Shown here in pieces: positions 52,662 to 63,156 of a stretch of 64,000 bases of DNA. Each line of letters starts with the position of its first letter. Position 1 is the first letter of the stretch. Source of the DNA: Pirellulales bacterium. Its GTDB lineage: Bacteria > Planctomycetota > Planctomycetia > Pirellulales > JAICIG01. The notes under the pieces were generated by a model, which was given only the letters and a program-made list of their open reading frames with translations, was not told the DNA's origin and did no database searches. The position numbers were made by a program, and so were the translations under genes. The DNA is taken from contig JBBDYJ010000032.1 of the NCBI GenBank assembly GCA_040901675.1, forward strand, positions 128,756 through 192,755, read 5' to 3'.

Positions 52662-53000
52662 ATGTCACTGCCGCTGAATTCACCCTGGGCGCCGCCGGGC
52701 GATCATGAGCCGCTTTGGCATTTCGAATGTGGTTTCGTGCCGGAGGATCCCGCCGCCTTGCCTCCCTTGCAAGCGCCGGGCGGAGACGCCGGCTCCATGC
52801 CGCTGGCTGCCACCGACGATGAGGAAGAAGAGTTCGACGACGACGATTTCGACGACGATTTCGACGACGACTTCGAAGACGAACTGGACGAGGAGCTCAA
52901 CGACGACGTGGGCGAGTTCGACGAAGTGGTCGAGGGCGACGGACTGGAAAACGTCGAACCCGATGACGACGATGAGTTCGAAGAAGGCGACGAGTTCTGA
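52662..53000 (+). CDS. Highly acidic low-complexity protein
   Basis: C-terminal half DDEEEEFDDDDFDDDFDDDFEDELDEE... Confidence 0.7.
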   Translation: MSLPLNSPWAPPGDHEPLWHFECGFVPEDPAALPPLQAPGGDAGSMPLAATDDEEEEFDDDDFDDDFDDDFEDELDEELNDDVGEFDEVVEGDGLENVEPDDDDEFEEGDEF

Positions 53001-53028
53001 ATCGAAAGCAAAGCAAAGGAACCATCCC

Positions 53029-53463
53029 ATGGCGGCGGCCGACGACCCCTCAGCACCCGGCCCGCAGGGCGGCGGCCAGGCGGCGGCGCGACTCTTCTCC
53101 GAGCAAAGCCAGCTCGACTTCGACATCGCCTTTTACGACCAGGTGCTGGCCCGCCAACCCGATTACGTCGACGTGCTCCGCTGCCAGGCCGAGCTGCTGA
53201 CCCGCAAAGGACTGCACGAGCGGGCCGTGGTGCTCGATCGGCGGCTGGCGGCCTTGCTCAGCGACGACTGCCGCGTCCGCTACAACCTGGCCTGCAGCCT
53301 GGCGATGGTCGGTGCCCGCGACGAGGCGATCGCCGCGCTGCGCGCGGCGTTCGAGTTGGGCTATCGCGATTTCGAGCACCTGGAAGCGGATCCCGACCTG
53401 GAAGGTCTGCGGCACTCGCCCGCCTTTCGGGCCCTGGTCAGAGAGTACAAAAAACGCGGTTGA
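53029..53463 (+). CDS. TPR protein
   Basis: AAGGA RBS; YNLACSLAMVG..DEAIAALRAAFELGY...DPDL..LR. Confidence 0.85.
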   Translation: MAAADDPSAPGPQGGGQAAARLFSEQSQLDFDIAFYDQVLARQPDYVDVLRCQAELLTRKGLHERAVVLDRRLAALLSDDCRVRYNLACSLAMVGARDEAIAALRAAFELGYRDFEHLEADPDLEGLRHSPAFRALVREYKKRG

Positions 53464-53484
53464 GAGCGGCGGAAGCGAGGGACC

Positions 53485-54318
53485 ATGCTCGAACTTGCCG
53501 CACGGGTAGCCGAGGCCGCCGAGGCCGTGCGGCGGCAGTCGCCAGCGCCGGTCCGGGTGGGGATCATCCTGGGCACCGGGCTGGGCAGCCTGGCCCAGCA
53601 GATCGACCGCCAGGCCACGCTGGACTACGCGGCGATCCCTCATTTCCCGCGGTCGACTTCGATCGGGCACACCGGCCAGCTTGTGTGCGGCCGGCTGGAA
53701 GGCGCCAGCGTGGTCGCCATGGAGGGCCGCTTCCACGCCTACGAGGGCTACACGCACCAGCAGATCACGTTTCCCGTGCGGGTGATGAAGGCTCTGGGGG
53801 CCGAGCTGTTGATCGTGTCCAACGCCTGCGGCGGCATGAACCCGAACTACGCCTGCGGCGACATCGTCGTCATCGACGACCACATCAACCTGATGGGCGA
53901 CAACCCCTTGATCGGCGTGAACGACGACCGGCTGGGGCCGCGGTTTCCCGACATGTGCCGCCCGTACGATCCGGTCCTGGTCGAGCGGGCCCTCGAGATT
54001 GCGCGGCGGGAGAACTTTGCCGCTCACCGCGGGGTGTACGTGGCGGTCACCGGCCCCAATCTGGAAACGCGGGCCGAGTATCGCTTTCTGCGGCTGATCG
54101 GGGCCGACGTGGTCGGCATGTCGACGGTTCCCGAGGTGATCGTGGCGGTGCACGCCGGCATGCGCGTGCTGGGGTTGTCGATCGTGACGGACATCTGCCT
54201 GCCTGACGCCTTGCAGCCGGCCGACATCGGAGCGATTCTGGCCCACGCCGCCGCCGCCGAGCCGCGGCTGCGTTCGATCGTGCTGGGAATCCTGGCGGCG
54301 GATCGAACGGCTAGCTAG
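53485..54318 (+). CDS. punA: Purine-nucleoside phosphorylase (trimeric type)
   Basis: IILGTGLG, GRFHAYEG, NACGG, GPRFPDM, GPNLETRAE, VGMSTVPE. Confidence 0.95.
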   Translation: MLELAARVAEAAEAVRRQSPAPVRVGIILGTGLGSLAQQIDRQATLDYAAIPHFPRSTSIGHTGQLVCGRLEGASVVAMEGRFHAYEGYTHQQITFPVRVMKALGAELLIVSNACGGMNPNYACGDIVVIDDHINLMGDNPLIGVNDDRLGPRFPDMCRPYDPVLVERALEIARRENFAAHRGVYVAVTGPNLETRAEYRFLRLIGADVVGMSTVPEVIVAVHAGMRVLGLSIVTDICLPDALQPADIGAILAHAAAAEPRLRSIVLGILAADRTAS

Positions 54319-54341
54319 GCTAGGAGGAGGGAGCGCCACGA

Positions 54342-54686
54342 ATGATTTATGCTTACCGGACAGCCGACGAAGAGACCGCCCTTCGGGTGAACACTTATCG
54401 GGCGTATACCACTGCGGCATCCACATGGGTCTCTCTGTTGGTGCCTCGCAGCTCCCAGTCGAACGGGGCCGAGGAGGCAGGCGGTAGTTGCGATCCCGCC
54501 GGCCACACTAGCGATCCCCTCTCCGCCATGGAGTTGCGAGCCAAATGGATGCGGGAGTTGGGGGTTTCGGAAGAAGAAATCGCGGAATACTGCCAAGCTG
54601 ACACGTACCCGGCCAAGTACGAGGAAGAATCAGCGGATTTGCAAGCGTTGAAAAGGATCCGCGAGCGTCGCCACAACGCGGTGTGA
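54342..54686 (+). CDS. Hypothetical protein (114 aa)
   Basis: AGGAGG RBS; fills the punA-ileS gap; lower GC. Confidence 0.55.
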   Translation: MIYAYRTADEETALRVNTYRAYTTAASTWVSLLVPRSSQSNGAEEAGGSCDPAGHTSDPLSAMELRAKWMRELGVSEEEIAEYCQADTYPAKYEEESADLQALKRIRERRHNAV

Positions 54687-54834
54687 ACCCGGAGTGCTTT
54701 GAGTGTGCCGCCGCTCTTCCCAGGCCGGATTGAATCCGCTCCGTCCGGCTGGCGCTTGCGATTGAAAAAAAGGGCTGCTGCTGGTCTACTTGCGGTTTGC
54801 TCTTTGCTCGAATCAGCCCGGCCAAAGCGTGCCC

Positions 54835-57800
54835 ATGTTTCGCCCCGTCGAAGCCAATCCTCACTTTCCCACGCTCGAAATCGAGATCATCCAGTTCTGG
54901 CGCGAGGCGGGAATCTACGAGAAATCGCTGGACCGGCGGGCCGGGGGGCCGCCGTTTGTCTTCTACGAAGGCCCCCCCACGGCCAACGGCATGCCCCACC
55001 CGGGCCACTGCCTGACCCGCGCCATCAAGGACTTGTTCCCGCGCTACCGCACGATGCGGGGCTACCGCTGCGACCGCAAGGCCGGCTGGGACACGCACGG
55101 CCTGCCGGTCGAGGTCGAGGTCTCCAAGGAGCTGGGCATCCACGCCAAGGAGGAGATCGAACAGTACGGCGTCGAACCGTTCATCCACCGCTGCGAACAA
55201 AGCGTGTGGCGCTACATGCGCGAGTGGGAGCGGCTGACGGAGCGGATCGGCTTCTGGATCAAGCTCGACGAGGCCTACGTCACTTACCACCAGAGCTACA
55301 TCGAGAGCGTCTGGTGGTCGCTCAAGAACCTGTTCGACCGCGGCCTGTTGTACCAGGGGCACAAGATCGTCTGGTGGTGGGCCCAGGGCGGAACGGCCTT
55401 GAGCTCCGGCGAAGTGGGCCAGGGCTACCGCGAGGTGGCCGACCCCAGCGTGTACGTGCGGTTCCCGCTGGTGGATGAGCCCGACACCGCCCTGCTGGTG
55501 TGGACCACCACCCCCTGGACGCTGCCCAACAACCAATTTGCGGCCGTGCACCCGGACATCGAGTACTCGACGGTCACCGACGCCGAGGACGGCAAGAAGC
55601 TGATCATCGCTTCGGCCCTGGTCGACTCGATCGCTGCCAAGACCGGCCGGCAACTGAAGGTCGAGGCGTCGTACCCCGGCGCCAAGCTCGTGGGCCGGCG
55701 ATACGTGCCGCCCTTCGACTACTACTATCGCAAGGGAGGCGATGCCGAGGGGCGGCTGGTTGCCGGAGGCAGGCAAGCGGTGGCCTGGCGGGTGATGGCG
55801 GCCGATTTTGTCTCGATCGAAAGCGGCACCGGCGTGGTGCACCAGGCGCCGGCCTTCGGCGAGGTCGATTACGACCTGCTGGCCGCTGAGGCCGCCCGCT
55901 TCGTGCCCGGCGAGGGGCCGCAGTTGATCTGCGCCGTCGGCCCCGACGGGAAGTTCACCGACGAAGCGCCCGACTACGCGGGCCGCTGGGTCAAGGACGC
56001 CGACAAGGACATCAATCGCGAGCTGCGCCGCCGCGGCCTCTTGTATCACCTGGAACAGTACCTGCACGAATACCCGTTCTGCTGGCGGGCCGAAGAAGAC
56101 CCCTTGATCCAGTATCCGCGGCAGAGCTGGTTCATCCGCACCACGCGGTTCAAGGACGAGATGCTGGCCAACAACTCCCGCATCAACTGGCTGCCGGAGC
56201 ACATCAAGGAGGGCCGCTTCGGCAACTTTTTGGAGAGCAACGTCGATTGGGCCTTGTCGCGCGAGCGGTACTGGGGCACGCCGCTGCCGATCTGGGTCTG
56301 CGAGCAGACGGGCCACATGGAGGCGGTGGCCGATTACGCTGAGCTGCTGGCCAAGCCAGACGTGCGCGGCACCGAAGTGTGGGAGGCGGCCAAGCGGGCG
56401 AATCCGGGCCTCTCCGAGCATCTCAAGGTACACAAGCCGTACATCGACGCCGTGACCTATGCCTCGCCCAAGGCGCCGGGCAAGCGGATGCGGCGGGTCA
56501 GCGAGGTGATCGATTGCTGGTACGACTCGGGGGCCATGCCGTTTGCCCAATGGGGTTATCCCAACGCGGGCGTGGAGAGGTTCGAGCAGCAGTTTCCGGC
56601 CGACTTTATCAGCGAGGCCCTCGACCAGACGCGCGGCTGGTTCTACAGCCAGTTGGCCATCAGTACGCTGTTGTTCGGCCAGGCCGACGACGCTGGAATC
56701 GTGGAGGCCAAGGAGTACCCGCACCCGTTCCGCAACTGCGTGGTGCTCGGTTTGATGCTGGCCGAAGACGGTCAGAAGATCTCCAAGCAAAAGCGGAACT
56801 ACCGCGAGCCGGCGGAAATCTTCGATCGCTACGGGGCCGACGCGCTGCGCTGGTACTTCTTCGCCAACCAGCCGCCCTGGACCTCGATCCGCTACAGGGA
56901 ACAGGCGATCAAGGACAGCATCCCCGAATTCCTGCTGCGGCTGTGGAACGTCTACAGCTTCTTTGTGATCTATGCCAACATCGACGGCTTCGATCCGCTC
57001 GGCTCGCTGCCCGGGCCGCTTGGCGAGCTCGATGCGGAGGTGCTCCGGGCAGGCCAGGGCTATCGGCCGGTCGCCGAGCGCGGCGAGCTCGATCGCTGGA
57101 TCACCAGCGAGCTGCACCGCACCGCGGCCGCCGTGACCGAGCGGATGGACGCTTACGACAACTTCGCCGCCTGTGCCCGGATCACCGCCTTCGTCGACGC
57201 CCTTTCCAACTGGTATGTGCGCCGCAGCCGCGAACGCTTCTGGGCCGGTGAATCATCGGCCGGCAAGCTGGATGCCTACTGGACGCTGTACGAGTGCCTC
57301 TTGGCCACGGCCAAATTGGTGGCCCCCTTCGTCCCTTTTCTGGCCGAGGCCCTCTGGCAGAATCTCGCCGTGGCGGCCAGCGCCGGCCGGACGTCCGAAA
57401 GCGTACACCTCTGCGATTATCCCGCGGGAAATCCGGACGCCATCGACGAGCGCCTCTCGGAACGGATGGAAACCATCAGGCAGATCGCTTCTTTGGGCCG
57501 CAGCGCCCGCATGGCGGCCAAGCTCAAGGTCCGCCAGCCGCTGTCGAAGGTCGAGGTCATCCTGGCCGACGCCACCCATCAGCAGTGGTTGGAGGAGCAT
57601 GCCGCTCTGATCCGCGAGGAGCTGAACGTCAAGCAGGTCGAGTTTGCCGCGCGGGCCGAGCAGTACATCAGCTACACGGTGCTCCCCGACCTCAAGCGGC
57701 TGGGGCCTCGACTGGGCAAGCGGCTGCCGGCCTTGCGGCAAGCGCTCGCCTCGGCCGACGCTGCCGGGCTGCTGGCCGAGCTCGAAGCCCTGGGCGAGGT

Positions 57801-58221
57801 GCACCTGGACGTCGATGGCGAGCCGGTCACCCTCGACTCCGATGACGTGCAGGTGCGCTTGCAGGCCAAGCCAGGCTGGGCAGCCGCCCAGGGGCCGTTG
57901 GCGGTGGTCGTGCTCTCGACCGAGTTGACCGACGAGCTGATTCGCGAGGGGCTGGCCCTGGACCTGGTCCGCGCCATCCAGAACCGCCGCAAGGATATGA
58001 ACTGCCAGTACACCGACCGGATCGTGGTGGCCGTGGTGACCGAGTCGGCCGAGCTGTGCTCGGCCGTCGAGCAGTTCAAGGACTACATTAGGGCTGAAAC
58101 GCTGGCGGGCGAGCTGGGCAGCGAACCGCCGGCGGACGCCGAAGGGGTCGAGATGCTGCTGGCCGGCCATAAGCTGACGCTGTACGTTCGCGTGGTCGAG
58201 CGGCCGAGGAAACAGGCGTGA
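54835..58221 (+). CDS. ileS: Isoleucine-tRNA ligase (type 2-like)
   Basis: [55 protein letters not shown], long C-terminal extension. Confidence 0.97.
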   Translation: MFRPVEANPHFPTLEIEIIQFWREAGIYEKSLDRRAGGPPFVFYEGPPTANGMPHPGHCLTRAIKDLFPRYRTMRGYRCDRKAGWDTHGLPVEVEVSKELGIHAKEEIEQYGVEPFIHRCEQSVWRYMREWERLTERIGFWIKLDEAYVTYHQSYIESVWWSLKNLFDRGLLYQGHKIVWWWAQGGTALSSGEVGQGYREVADPSVYVRFPLVDEPDTALLVWTTTPWTLPNNQFAAVHPDIEYSTVTDAEDGKKLIIASALVDSIAAKTGRQLKVEASYPGAKLVGRRYVPPFDYYYRKGGDAEGRLVAGGRQAVAWRVMAADFVSIESGTGVVHQAPAFGEVDYDLLAAEAARFVPGEGPQLICAVGPDGKFTDEAPDYAGRWVKDADKDINRELRRRGLLYHLEQYLHEYPFCWRAEEDPLIQYPRQSWFIRTTRFKDEMLANNSRINWLPEHIKEGRFGNFLESNVDWALSRERYWGTPLPIWVCEQTGHMEAVADYAELLAKPDVRGTEVWEAAKRANPGLSEHLKVHKPYIDAVTYASPKAPGKRMRRVSEVIDCWYDSGAMPFAQWGYPNAGVERFEQQFPADFISEALDQTRGWFYSQLAISTLLFGQADDAGIVEAKEYPHPFRNCVVLGLMLAEDGQKISKQKRNYREPAEIFDRYGADALRWYFFANQPPWTSIRYREQAIKDSIPEFLLRLWNVYSFFVIYANIDGFDPLGSLPGPLGELDAEVLRAGQGYRPVAERGELDRWITSELHRTAAAVTERMDAYDNFAACARITAFVDALSNWYVRRSRERFWAGESSAGKLDAYWTLYECLLATAKLVAPFVPFLAEALWQNLAVAASAGRTSESVHLCDYPAGNPDAIDERLSERMETIRQIASLGRSARMAAKLKVRQPLSKVEVILADATHQQWLEEHAALIREELNVKQVEFAARAEQYISYTVLPDLKRLGPRLGKRLPALRQALASADAAGLLAELEALGEVHLDVDGEPVTLDSDDVQVRLQAKPGWAAAQGPLAVVVLSTELTDELIREGLALDLVRAIQNRRKDMNCQYTDRIVVAVVTESAELCSAVEQFKDYIRAETLAGELGSEPPADAEGVEMLLAGHKLTLYVRVVERPRKQA

Positions 58222-58853
58222 TCCACTTTCCGCCGCGCTCGCCGCTCAAGCTGGCCGTGCTGATCTCGGGCGCGGGAACGACGCTCGAAAACCTGGTCGA
58301 GCAGATTGCCGCCGGCCGCTTGGACGCCCGCATCGAGCTGGTCGTGTCGAGCAGTGGCGAGGCCCGCGGCCGGGACCTCGCCCGGCAGGCAGGCATTCCA
58401 ACCGAGGTGATCGAGCCGGAGCGTTTTTCAGACAGCGAGGCCTTTGGATCGGCCGTGTTTCGGGCCTGCCGGGCGGTTGAACCGCACGTGGTAGCCATGG
58501 CCGGGTTTGTCAAGTTCGTGCCGATCCCGGCCGATTTCGAGCTGCGGGTGTTGAACATCCATCCGGCGTTGATTCCCGCCTTCTGCGGCCGGGGTTTTTA
58601 CGGTCTTCGCGTCCACGAGGCGGTGTTGGAGTACGGCGCCAAGCTGAGCGGCTGCACGGTGCACTTTGTCGACAACCAGTACGACCACGGGCCGATCATC
58701 CTGCAGCGTGCGGTGCCGGTGGCCGGCGACGACACGGCCGAGACCTTGGCCGCCCGCGTGTTCGAGGCGGAGTGCCAGGCCTATCCCGACGCCCTGCGTC
58801 TCGTCGCCTCCGGCAAGCTTCACGTAGACGGCCGCCGCGTTCTGGTAAAGTAG
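58218..58853 (+). CDS. purN: Phosphoribosylglycinamide formyltransferase
   Basis: [32 protein letters not shown]. Confidence 0.96.
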   Translation: MIHFPPRSPLKLAVLISGAGTTLENLVEQIAAGRLDARIELVVSSSGEARGRDLARQAGIPTEVIEPERFSDSEAFGSAVFRACRAVEPHVVAMAGFVKFVPIPADFELRVLNIHPALIPAFCGRGFYGLRVHEAVLEYGAKLSGCTVHFVDNQYDHGPIILQRAVPVAGDDTAETLAARVFEAECQAYPDALRLVASGKLHVDGRRVLVK

Positions 58854-58875
58854 CAGGCACACGGAGTGTGCGGTC
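58850..58875 (+). repeat. GTAG-REP supplying the purN stop
   Basis: GTAGcaggcacacggagtgtgcggtc. Confidence 0.8.
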
Positions 58876-58998
58876 GGCTGAGAAGGCTGAAGGGAGGAAA
58901 TGATCTGGTTGCTTTCCACTGCTTTCCTGGATGACTCTTGGAGTACAATTGAGGAGATCTGCAAGGTATTCGCTTTAAATCCTGACCGGGTGGAAGAA

Positions 58999-59673
58999 AT
59001 GGTTCCCGCAGTGGTATTTGAAGAGCGGTTGCGTGTTCCGGCCGACGTATTCAACATGGACCGGTTTCGCGATTGGATCCACTCGGACCAATTTCCGGAG
59101 CGTGTCCGGGCGGCATACATCGCTGGCGAGATCGAGGTGGACATGAGCCCCGAAGAGTTGGAAACGCACAACAAGCTGAAAAGCCACCTCCATGGCCATT
59201 TGTGGCTCTATATAGAGCAGCACGATCTCGGCGACCTGCTATCCGACGGCGCCTTGCTCGTTTGCACGGAAGCCGCGTTGGCCACTGAACCGGACATGAT
59301 GTTCTGCAGTTGGGATAGCCTGCGCCAGGGACGAGTCCGCTATGGCGAATACGTCAAGGGCAGCTCGCGTCTGGTCGAAGTGGTCGGCGCTGCGGACCTG
59401 GTCGTCGAAATCGTCAGCAATAGCTCGGTGCGCAAGGACACCGTGCTCCTGCGCCAGCGCTACTTCGAGGCCGGGGTCCAGGAATACTGGTTGATCGATG
59501 CCCGGGGCGACGAAATCTCATTTGAGCTGTTGGTGCGCGGCGCGAAGCAGTACTCGCCTGCCGACGCCGATTCCGACGGCTACCAGTTTTCGCCTGTCCT
59601 CAACGGCCGCTTCGCATTGAGCCGCGAGCGCAATCCGGTCGGCGGGTTTCGCTACCGCCTGCGGCAGCGCTGA
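58999..59673 (+). CDS. Uma2-family (PD-(D/E)xK) endonuclease-like protein
   Basis: GEIEVDMSP, EPD, DLVVEIVSNSS..KD, YFEAGVQEYWLID. Confidence 0.9.
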   Translation: MVPAVVFEERLRVPADVFNMDRFRDWIHSDQFPERVRAAYIAGEIEVDMSPEELETHNKLKSHLHGHLWLYIEQHDLGDLLSDGALLVCTEAALATEPDMMFCSWDSLRQGRVRYGEYVKGSSRLVEVVGAADLVVEIVSNSSVRKDTVLLRQRYFEAGVQEYWLIDARGDEISFELLVRGAKQYSPADADSDGYQFSPVLNGRFALSRERNPVGGFRYRLRQR

Positions 59674-59674
59674 A

Positions 59675-60133
59675 GTAGCAGGCGTGTGCCCGCTACGACC
59701 ATCCAGAACGGTTGCCCTTGTATGGGCAACGAGTTGGCGCCGTTCCTTGTTTCGCCCTTGCAGGGCTGACGACAGGTTCGGTTACCGCTTCCCCAGGGCG
59801 GCGCTGCGCGGCTGACGCCGCTGCGCTCTGCCCTGGGCTGATATCTTGCGGCCCCTTCGGGGCAGGCGGACCGAGCCTTAACGACGATGAACGCGTTGAA
59901 AAAGGACCCCGTGAGGCGCATTTGGTGCCGTCCGTCGAATGGCGACCTGCACCCTCGCCACGGCATGCGGAGTATCCCTGCTACGCCACTCGCCTCCGGA
60001 CGACACTGCTTCTCGCGGACGCCAGGGCGTCCGCTCCAAGCAGTGGCACGGGAAGTTGACGCCACGGCGTCCGCGAGAAGTGTGGCACCGCGCCGCGTGC
60101 CGTTCGCAACGGCATGCGGAGTATGCCTGCTAC
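59675..60133. repeat. Intergenic mosaic of at least three REP families
   Basis: GTAG..CTAC mini-palindrome 59675-59696; gccctgggct/ccccttcgggg element ~59753-59864; acggcatgcggagtat.cctgctac at 59960 and 60109; cactgctt..aagcagtg ~60004-60050. Confidence 0.85.
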
Positions 60134-60696
60134 TGAGGGCGATACCCGTGGCTTTCGTAAAAGCGCAGGGCGGCGGTCCATTGGGCGTGCGTTTCGAGGA
60201 AGACTTGCCGATGGCCGGCGTCCCAGCAGGCCGCCTCCAGGGCGGCCAGCAATAACTTCCCGACCCCGCGGCGGCGCCAGAAGGGAAGCACCGCCAGCCA
60301 GTGGACTGCCGGCCGGGCATGCTCACCCGTGCCCCGCTGGGCCAGGCAAATCGTGCCGATTGCTTCCGCCGGCTCGGCAGACGGCACACGGAGTGTGCCT
60401 GCTACTTTACGAGCAGACGGCGCACGGAGTGTGCCTGCTACTTTAGGAGGTGTGGTCGCCTCGGCGAACCAGAGCCGTTCGGGCGACCACCATGGCCTGG
60501 CCAGGAACTCGCTTTCGAAGTCGGAGGCTTCCCAACAGCGCACGCCCACTTTTTCGCGCGCAAAGGCGCGATGCCGCAGGTCGAGCCAGGTCTCGATGTC
60601 CGCCGGGCCGGCATAGTTGCGCAGACGCACACCGGGTACCGAGGGCAGCCGGGGCCGCTCGGTGAGCGTTCGGCGGAGAGATAGCACCGTAGCCAT
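60130..60696 (-). CDS. GNAT-family acetyltransferase with in-frame REP insertion
   Basis: LAVLPFWRRRGVGKLLL, LET, ALRFYESHGY. Confidence 0.88.
   Translation of the reverse strand: MATVLSLRRTLTERPRLPSVPGVRLRNYAGPADIETWLDLRHRAFAREKVGVRCWEASDFESEFLARPWWSPERLWFAEATTPPKVAGTLRAPSARKVAGTLRVPSAEPAEAIGTICLAQRGTGEHARPAVHWLAVLPFWRRRGVGKLLLAALEAACWDAGHRQVFLETHAQWTAALRFYESHGYRPQ
60377..60444 (-). repeat. Two 36-bp-period REP copies inside the GNAT CDS
   Basis: gcagacgg.cacggagtgtgcctgctacttt x2 = KVAGTLRAPSAR-KVAGTLRVPSA. Confidence 0.9.
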
Positions 60697-60887
60697 CGGC
60701 AATGCGCTCGCAAAGTTATTTGGCCGGCGAAATGGGCCGGTGAAGCGTAAAGGTCAACCCCCGCTTCCGCTTTTAGTGTACCGGGCAGCTCAACCAGGCC
60801 CCCCGTCAATGGGCGTTTCTGCGTGCGCTCCGCCATCGGGCGGGCAGCATATTGCTAGAATTCTCCCATAATATTTCCAGAAAGTGC

Positions 60888-60916
60888 TTGTAATCATTCA
60901 ATAGGGCGATCATAAT
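60888..60916 (+). promoter_or_regulatory. sigma70-type promoter of the BMC operon
   Basis: TTGTAA-N17-CATAAT in an AT-rich patch. Confidence 0.65.
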
Positions 60917-60965
60917 CGTGACAAAACTGAACAAGGATGCGCAGAAATGCGCTAGATGGTGCCGG

Positions 60966-61739
60966 ATGTTGGCTGAAGAACGACGAAACAGATTGCTGGA
61001 ACTAGTTAGAACAAAAGGGTTTGTGGCATTGCCCGACCTTGCCGGCGAGCTGCGGGTCTCCGAATCGACCGTGCGCCGCGATTTGGATCACCTGGAGGAA
61101 TCCGGCAGCGCCAAGAGGACCCACGGCGGCGTCTTTTACACCGGCACCTCGCCCAAGCTGCCCCATTTCGAGGAGCGGCAGCCGGGCCAGTGGGACAAGA
61201 AACGCTTGATCGCCGCCCGGGCGGCGGAGTTGATCGAAGACGGCGACACGCTGCTGTTGGACGGCGGAACGACAACCTACGAGGTGGCCCGGCTGTTGGT
61301 CGGCCGGCCGCTGCAGATCGTGACCAACTCGCTGCCGGTCGCCAACCTGTTTGCCTCCAGCGCGAACACCGACCTGGTGCTGGTGGGCGGCTACGTGTAT
61401 CCGCGGACGGGCGTGTCGCTGGGGCCTTACGCGAACGAAATGCTCTCGGCTCTCAACGTGCGACGAACGGTTCTGAGCGTCGCCGGAGTGAACGACCGGG
61501 GGTTCTTCAACTCGAACCTGCTCTTGGTCGAGACCGAGCAGGCCATGATGAAGGCCGCCGACGAGGTGATCGTCGTGGCCGACAGCAGCAAGTTCGGCCG
61601 CCAGAGCCTGGCCCTGCTCTGCCCGCTGGAAGCGATCGACAACCTGGTGGTGGACCACGGCATCAGCCAGGAGTGGCAGAGCAAGATCAACGCTGCCGGC
61701 GTGAACCTCGTGATTGCCGGCGGCGCCGACAACGGTTGA
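60966..61739 (+). CDS. DeoR/GlpR-family regulator of the BMC locus
   Basis: [39 protein letters not shown]. Confidence 0.95.
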   Translation: MLAEERRNRLLELVRTKGFVALPDLAGELRVSESTVRRDLDHLEESGSAKRTHGGVFYTGTSPKLPHFEERQPGQWDKKRLIAARAAELIEDGDTLLLDGGTTTYEVARLLVGRPLQIVTNSLPVANLFASSANTDLVLVGGYVYPRTGVSLGPYANEMLSALNVRRTVLSVAGVNDRGFFNSNLLLVETEQAMMKAADEVIVVADSSKFGRQSLALLCPLEAIDNLVVDHGISQEWQSKINAAGVNLVIAGGADNG

Positions 61740-61770
61740 GCAACGGGAGATGCAACATGAGGATTGGGCG

Positions 61771-62436
61771 ATGAGCATGGCCGGCACGCTGGACCGTTCG
61801 GCGATCGAGCGCATCGTCCGCGAGATCGTGCTGGCGCGCGCGGCCCCGCCCGACGGCGCGGAGCCGAAGCTGGTGGTGAGCATCTCTGCCCGGCATCTGC
61901 ACCTGACCGACGAGCACGTCGAGACGCTGTTTGGTCCGGGCAGAAGGCTGACGCCGATGAAGGACCTCTACCAGGATGGCTTCTATGCCGCCGAGGAAAC
62001 GGTGGCGGTGGTCGGCCCGCGGCGGCGGATGCTCCCCTCGGTGCGCGTGCTGGGTCCGACCAGGCCTCACAGCCAGGTCGAGCTGGCCTTTACCGACGGC
62101 ATTTCCCTGGGCATCGACCTGCCGGTCCGCCCCAGCGGCAAGATCGAAGGCACGCCCGGCTGTGTGCTGGTGGGCCCGGCCGGCGTCGTGGAGTTGAAGC
62201 AAGGCGTGATCCGCGCCGAACGGCACGTCCACATGAACCAGGAACATGCGGCCTGGTACGGCGTGAAAAATGGAGACCGTATGAGCCTGCGGATCGACTC
62301 GTCGTGCGCCGTCGTCTTCCGCGACTTGCTGGTGCGGGCCGACGCCACCAGCAAGCTGGAGGTTCACCTGGACACTGACGAAGGCAACGCGGCGGACCTG
62401 GATCACGCTTGGAAAGTCGAACTTTTGAAGCAATAA
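61771..62436 (+). CDS. pduL: Phosphate propanoyltransferase PduL with N-terminal encapsulation-peptide-like helix
   Basis: [41 protein letters not shown]. Confidence 0.93.
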   Translation: MSMAGTLDRSAIERIVREIVLARAAPPDGAEPKLVVSISARHLHLTDEHVETLFGPGRRLTPMKDLYQDGFYAAEETVAVVGPRRRMLPSVRVLGPTRPHSQVELAFTDGISLGIDLPVRPSGKIEGTPGCVLVGPAGVVELKQGVIRAERHVHMNQEHAAWYGVKNGDRMSLRIDSSCAVVFRDLLVRADATSKLEVHLDTDEGNAADLDHAWKVELLKQ

Positions 62437-62496
62437 CGCCGAGGCGACCCTCGACGAAGAGTTGTTCCCGTTATCCGTTTTCCGGAGAAGAAATTC

Positions 62497-62799
62497 ATGG
62501 CAAAAGCAATGGAAGCGCTGGGCATGATCGAGACTAAGGGCTTCGTGGCCCTGGTCGAGGCCAGCGACGCAATGATGAAGGCCGCCAACGTCGAGTTCCT
62601 CGGCTGGGACAAAGTGGGCAGCGGCCTGGTGACGGCGTTTGTCACCGGCGACGTGGCGGCGGTGAAGGCGGCGACCGACGCGGGCGCGGCGGCCGCGGGC
62701 CGGATTGGTGAGGTGCTCAGCGTGCAGGTCATCCCCCGGCCGCACGACGACCTAGGCGTCGTTCTGCCGGCGATGCCCAAGGCAGCGGCAGGCAAGTGA
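62497..62799 (+). CDS. BMC-H shell protein
   Basis: [34 protein letters not shown]. Confidence 0.96.
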   Translation: MAKAMEALGMIETKGFVALVEASDAMMKAANVEFLGWDKVGSGLVTAFVTGDVAAVKAATDAGAAAAGRIGEVLSVQVIPRPHDDLGVVLPAMPKAAAGK

Positions 62800-62845
62800 T
62801 TTTCCGCGGTTAAGATCGAACCATTTTTGAAGGGACCCGATTGCA

Positions 62846-63121
62846 ATGAACAGCAGTGACGCCATTGGACTATTGGAAACCAAAGGCCTGGTGGCCCTGG
62901 TCGAAGCGACCGATGCGATGGCCAAGGCGGCCAACGTGCAGATTGTGAAGAAGATCGCCATCGGCGGCGGCCTAGTGACCACCGTGGTACGGGGCGACGT
63001 GGGCAGCGTGCGGGCGGCGGTTGAAGCAGGCGCCAGCGCCGCCACGCAAGTGGGCGAGCTGACCGCCAGCCACGTGATTCCGCGGCCGGCGGAGGGACTG
63101 GTCAAGGCGTACCTTTCGTAG
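62846..63121 (+). CDS. BMC-H shell protein
   Basis: [31 protein letters not shown]. Confidence 0.96.
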   Translation: MNSSDAIGLLETKGLVALVEATDAMAKAANVQIVKKIAIGGGLVTTVVRGDVGSVRAAVEAGASAATQVGELTASHVIPRPAEGLVKAYLS

Positions 63122-63156
63122 AGGGCCGTCAGGCTTTGGATGAGGGAAGGGACCTC

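Noticed and set aside
54690..54834. T-box leader before ileS
   Set aside because: Too short; no T-box consensus or U-tailed terminator on the sense strand.
58999..59673. Uma2 nuclease as the mobiliser of neighbouring REPs
   Set aside because: Uma2 genes are abundant in planctomycetes and lack HUH/Y1 motifs; adjacency alone is not evidence.
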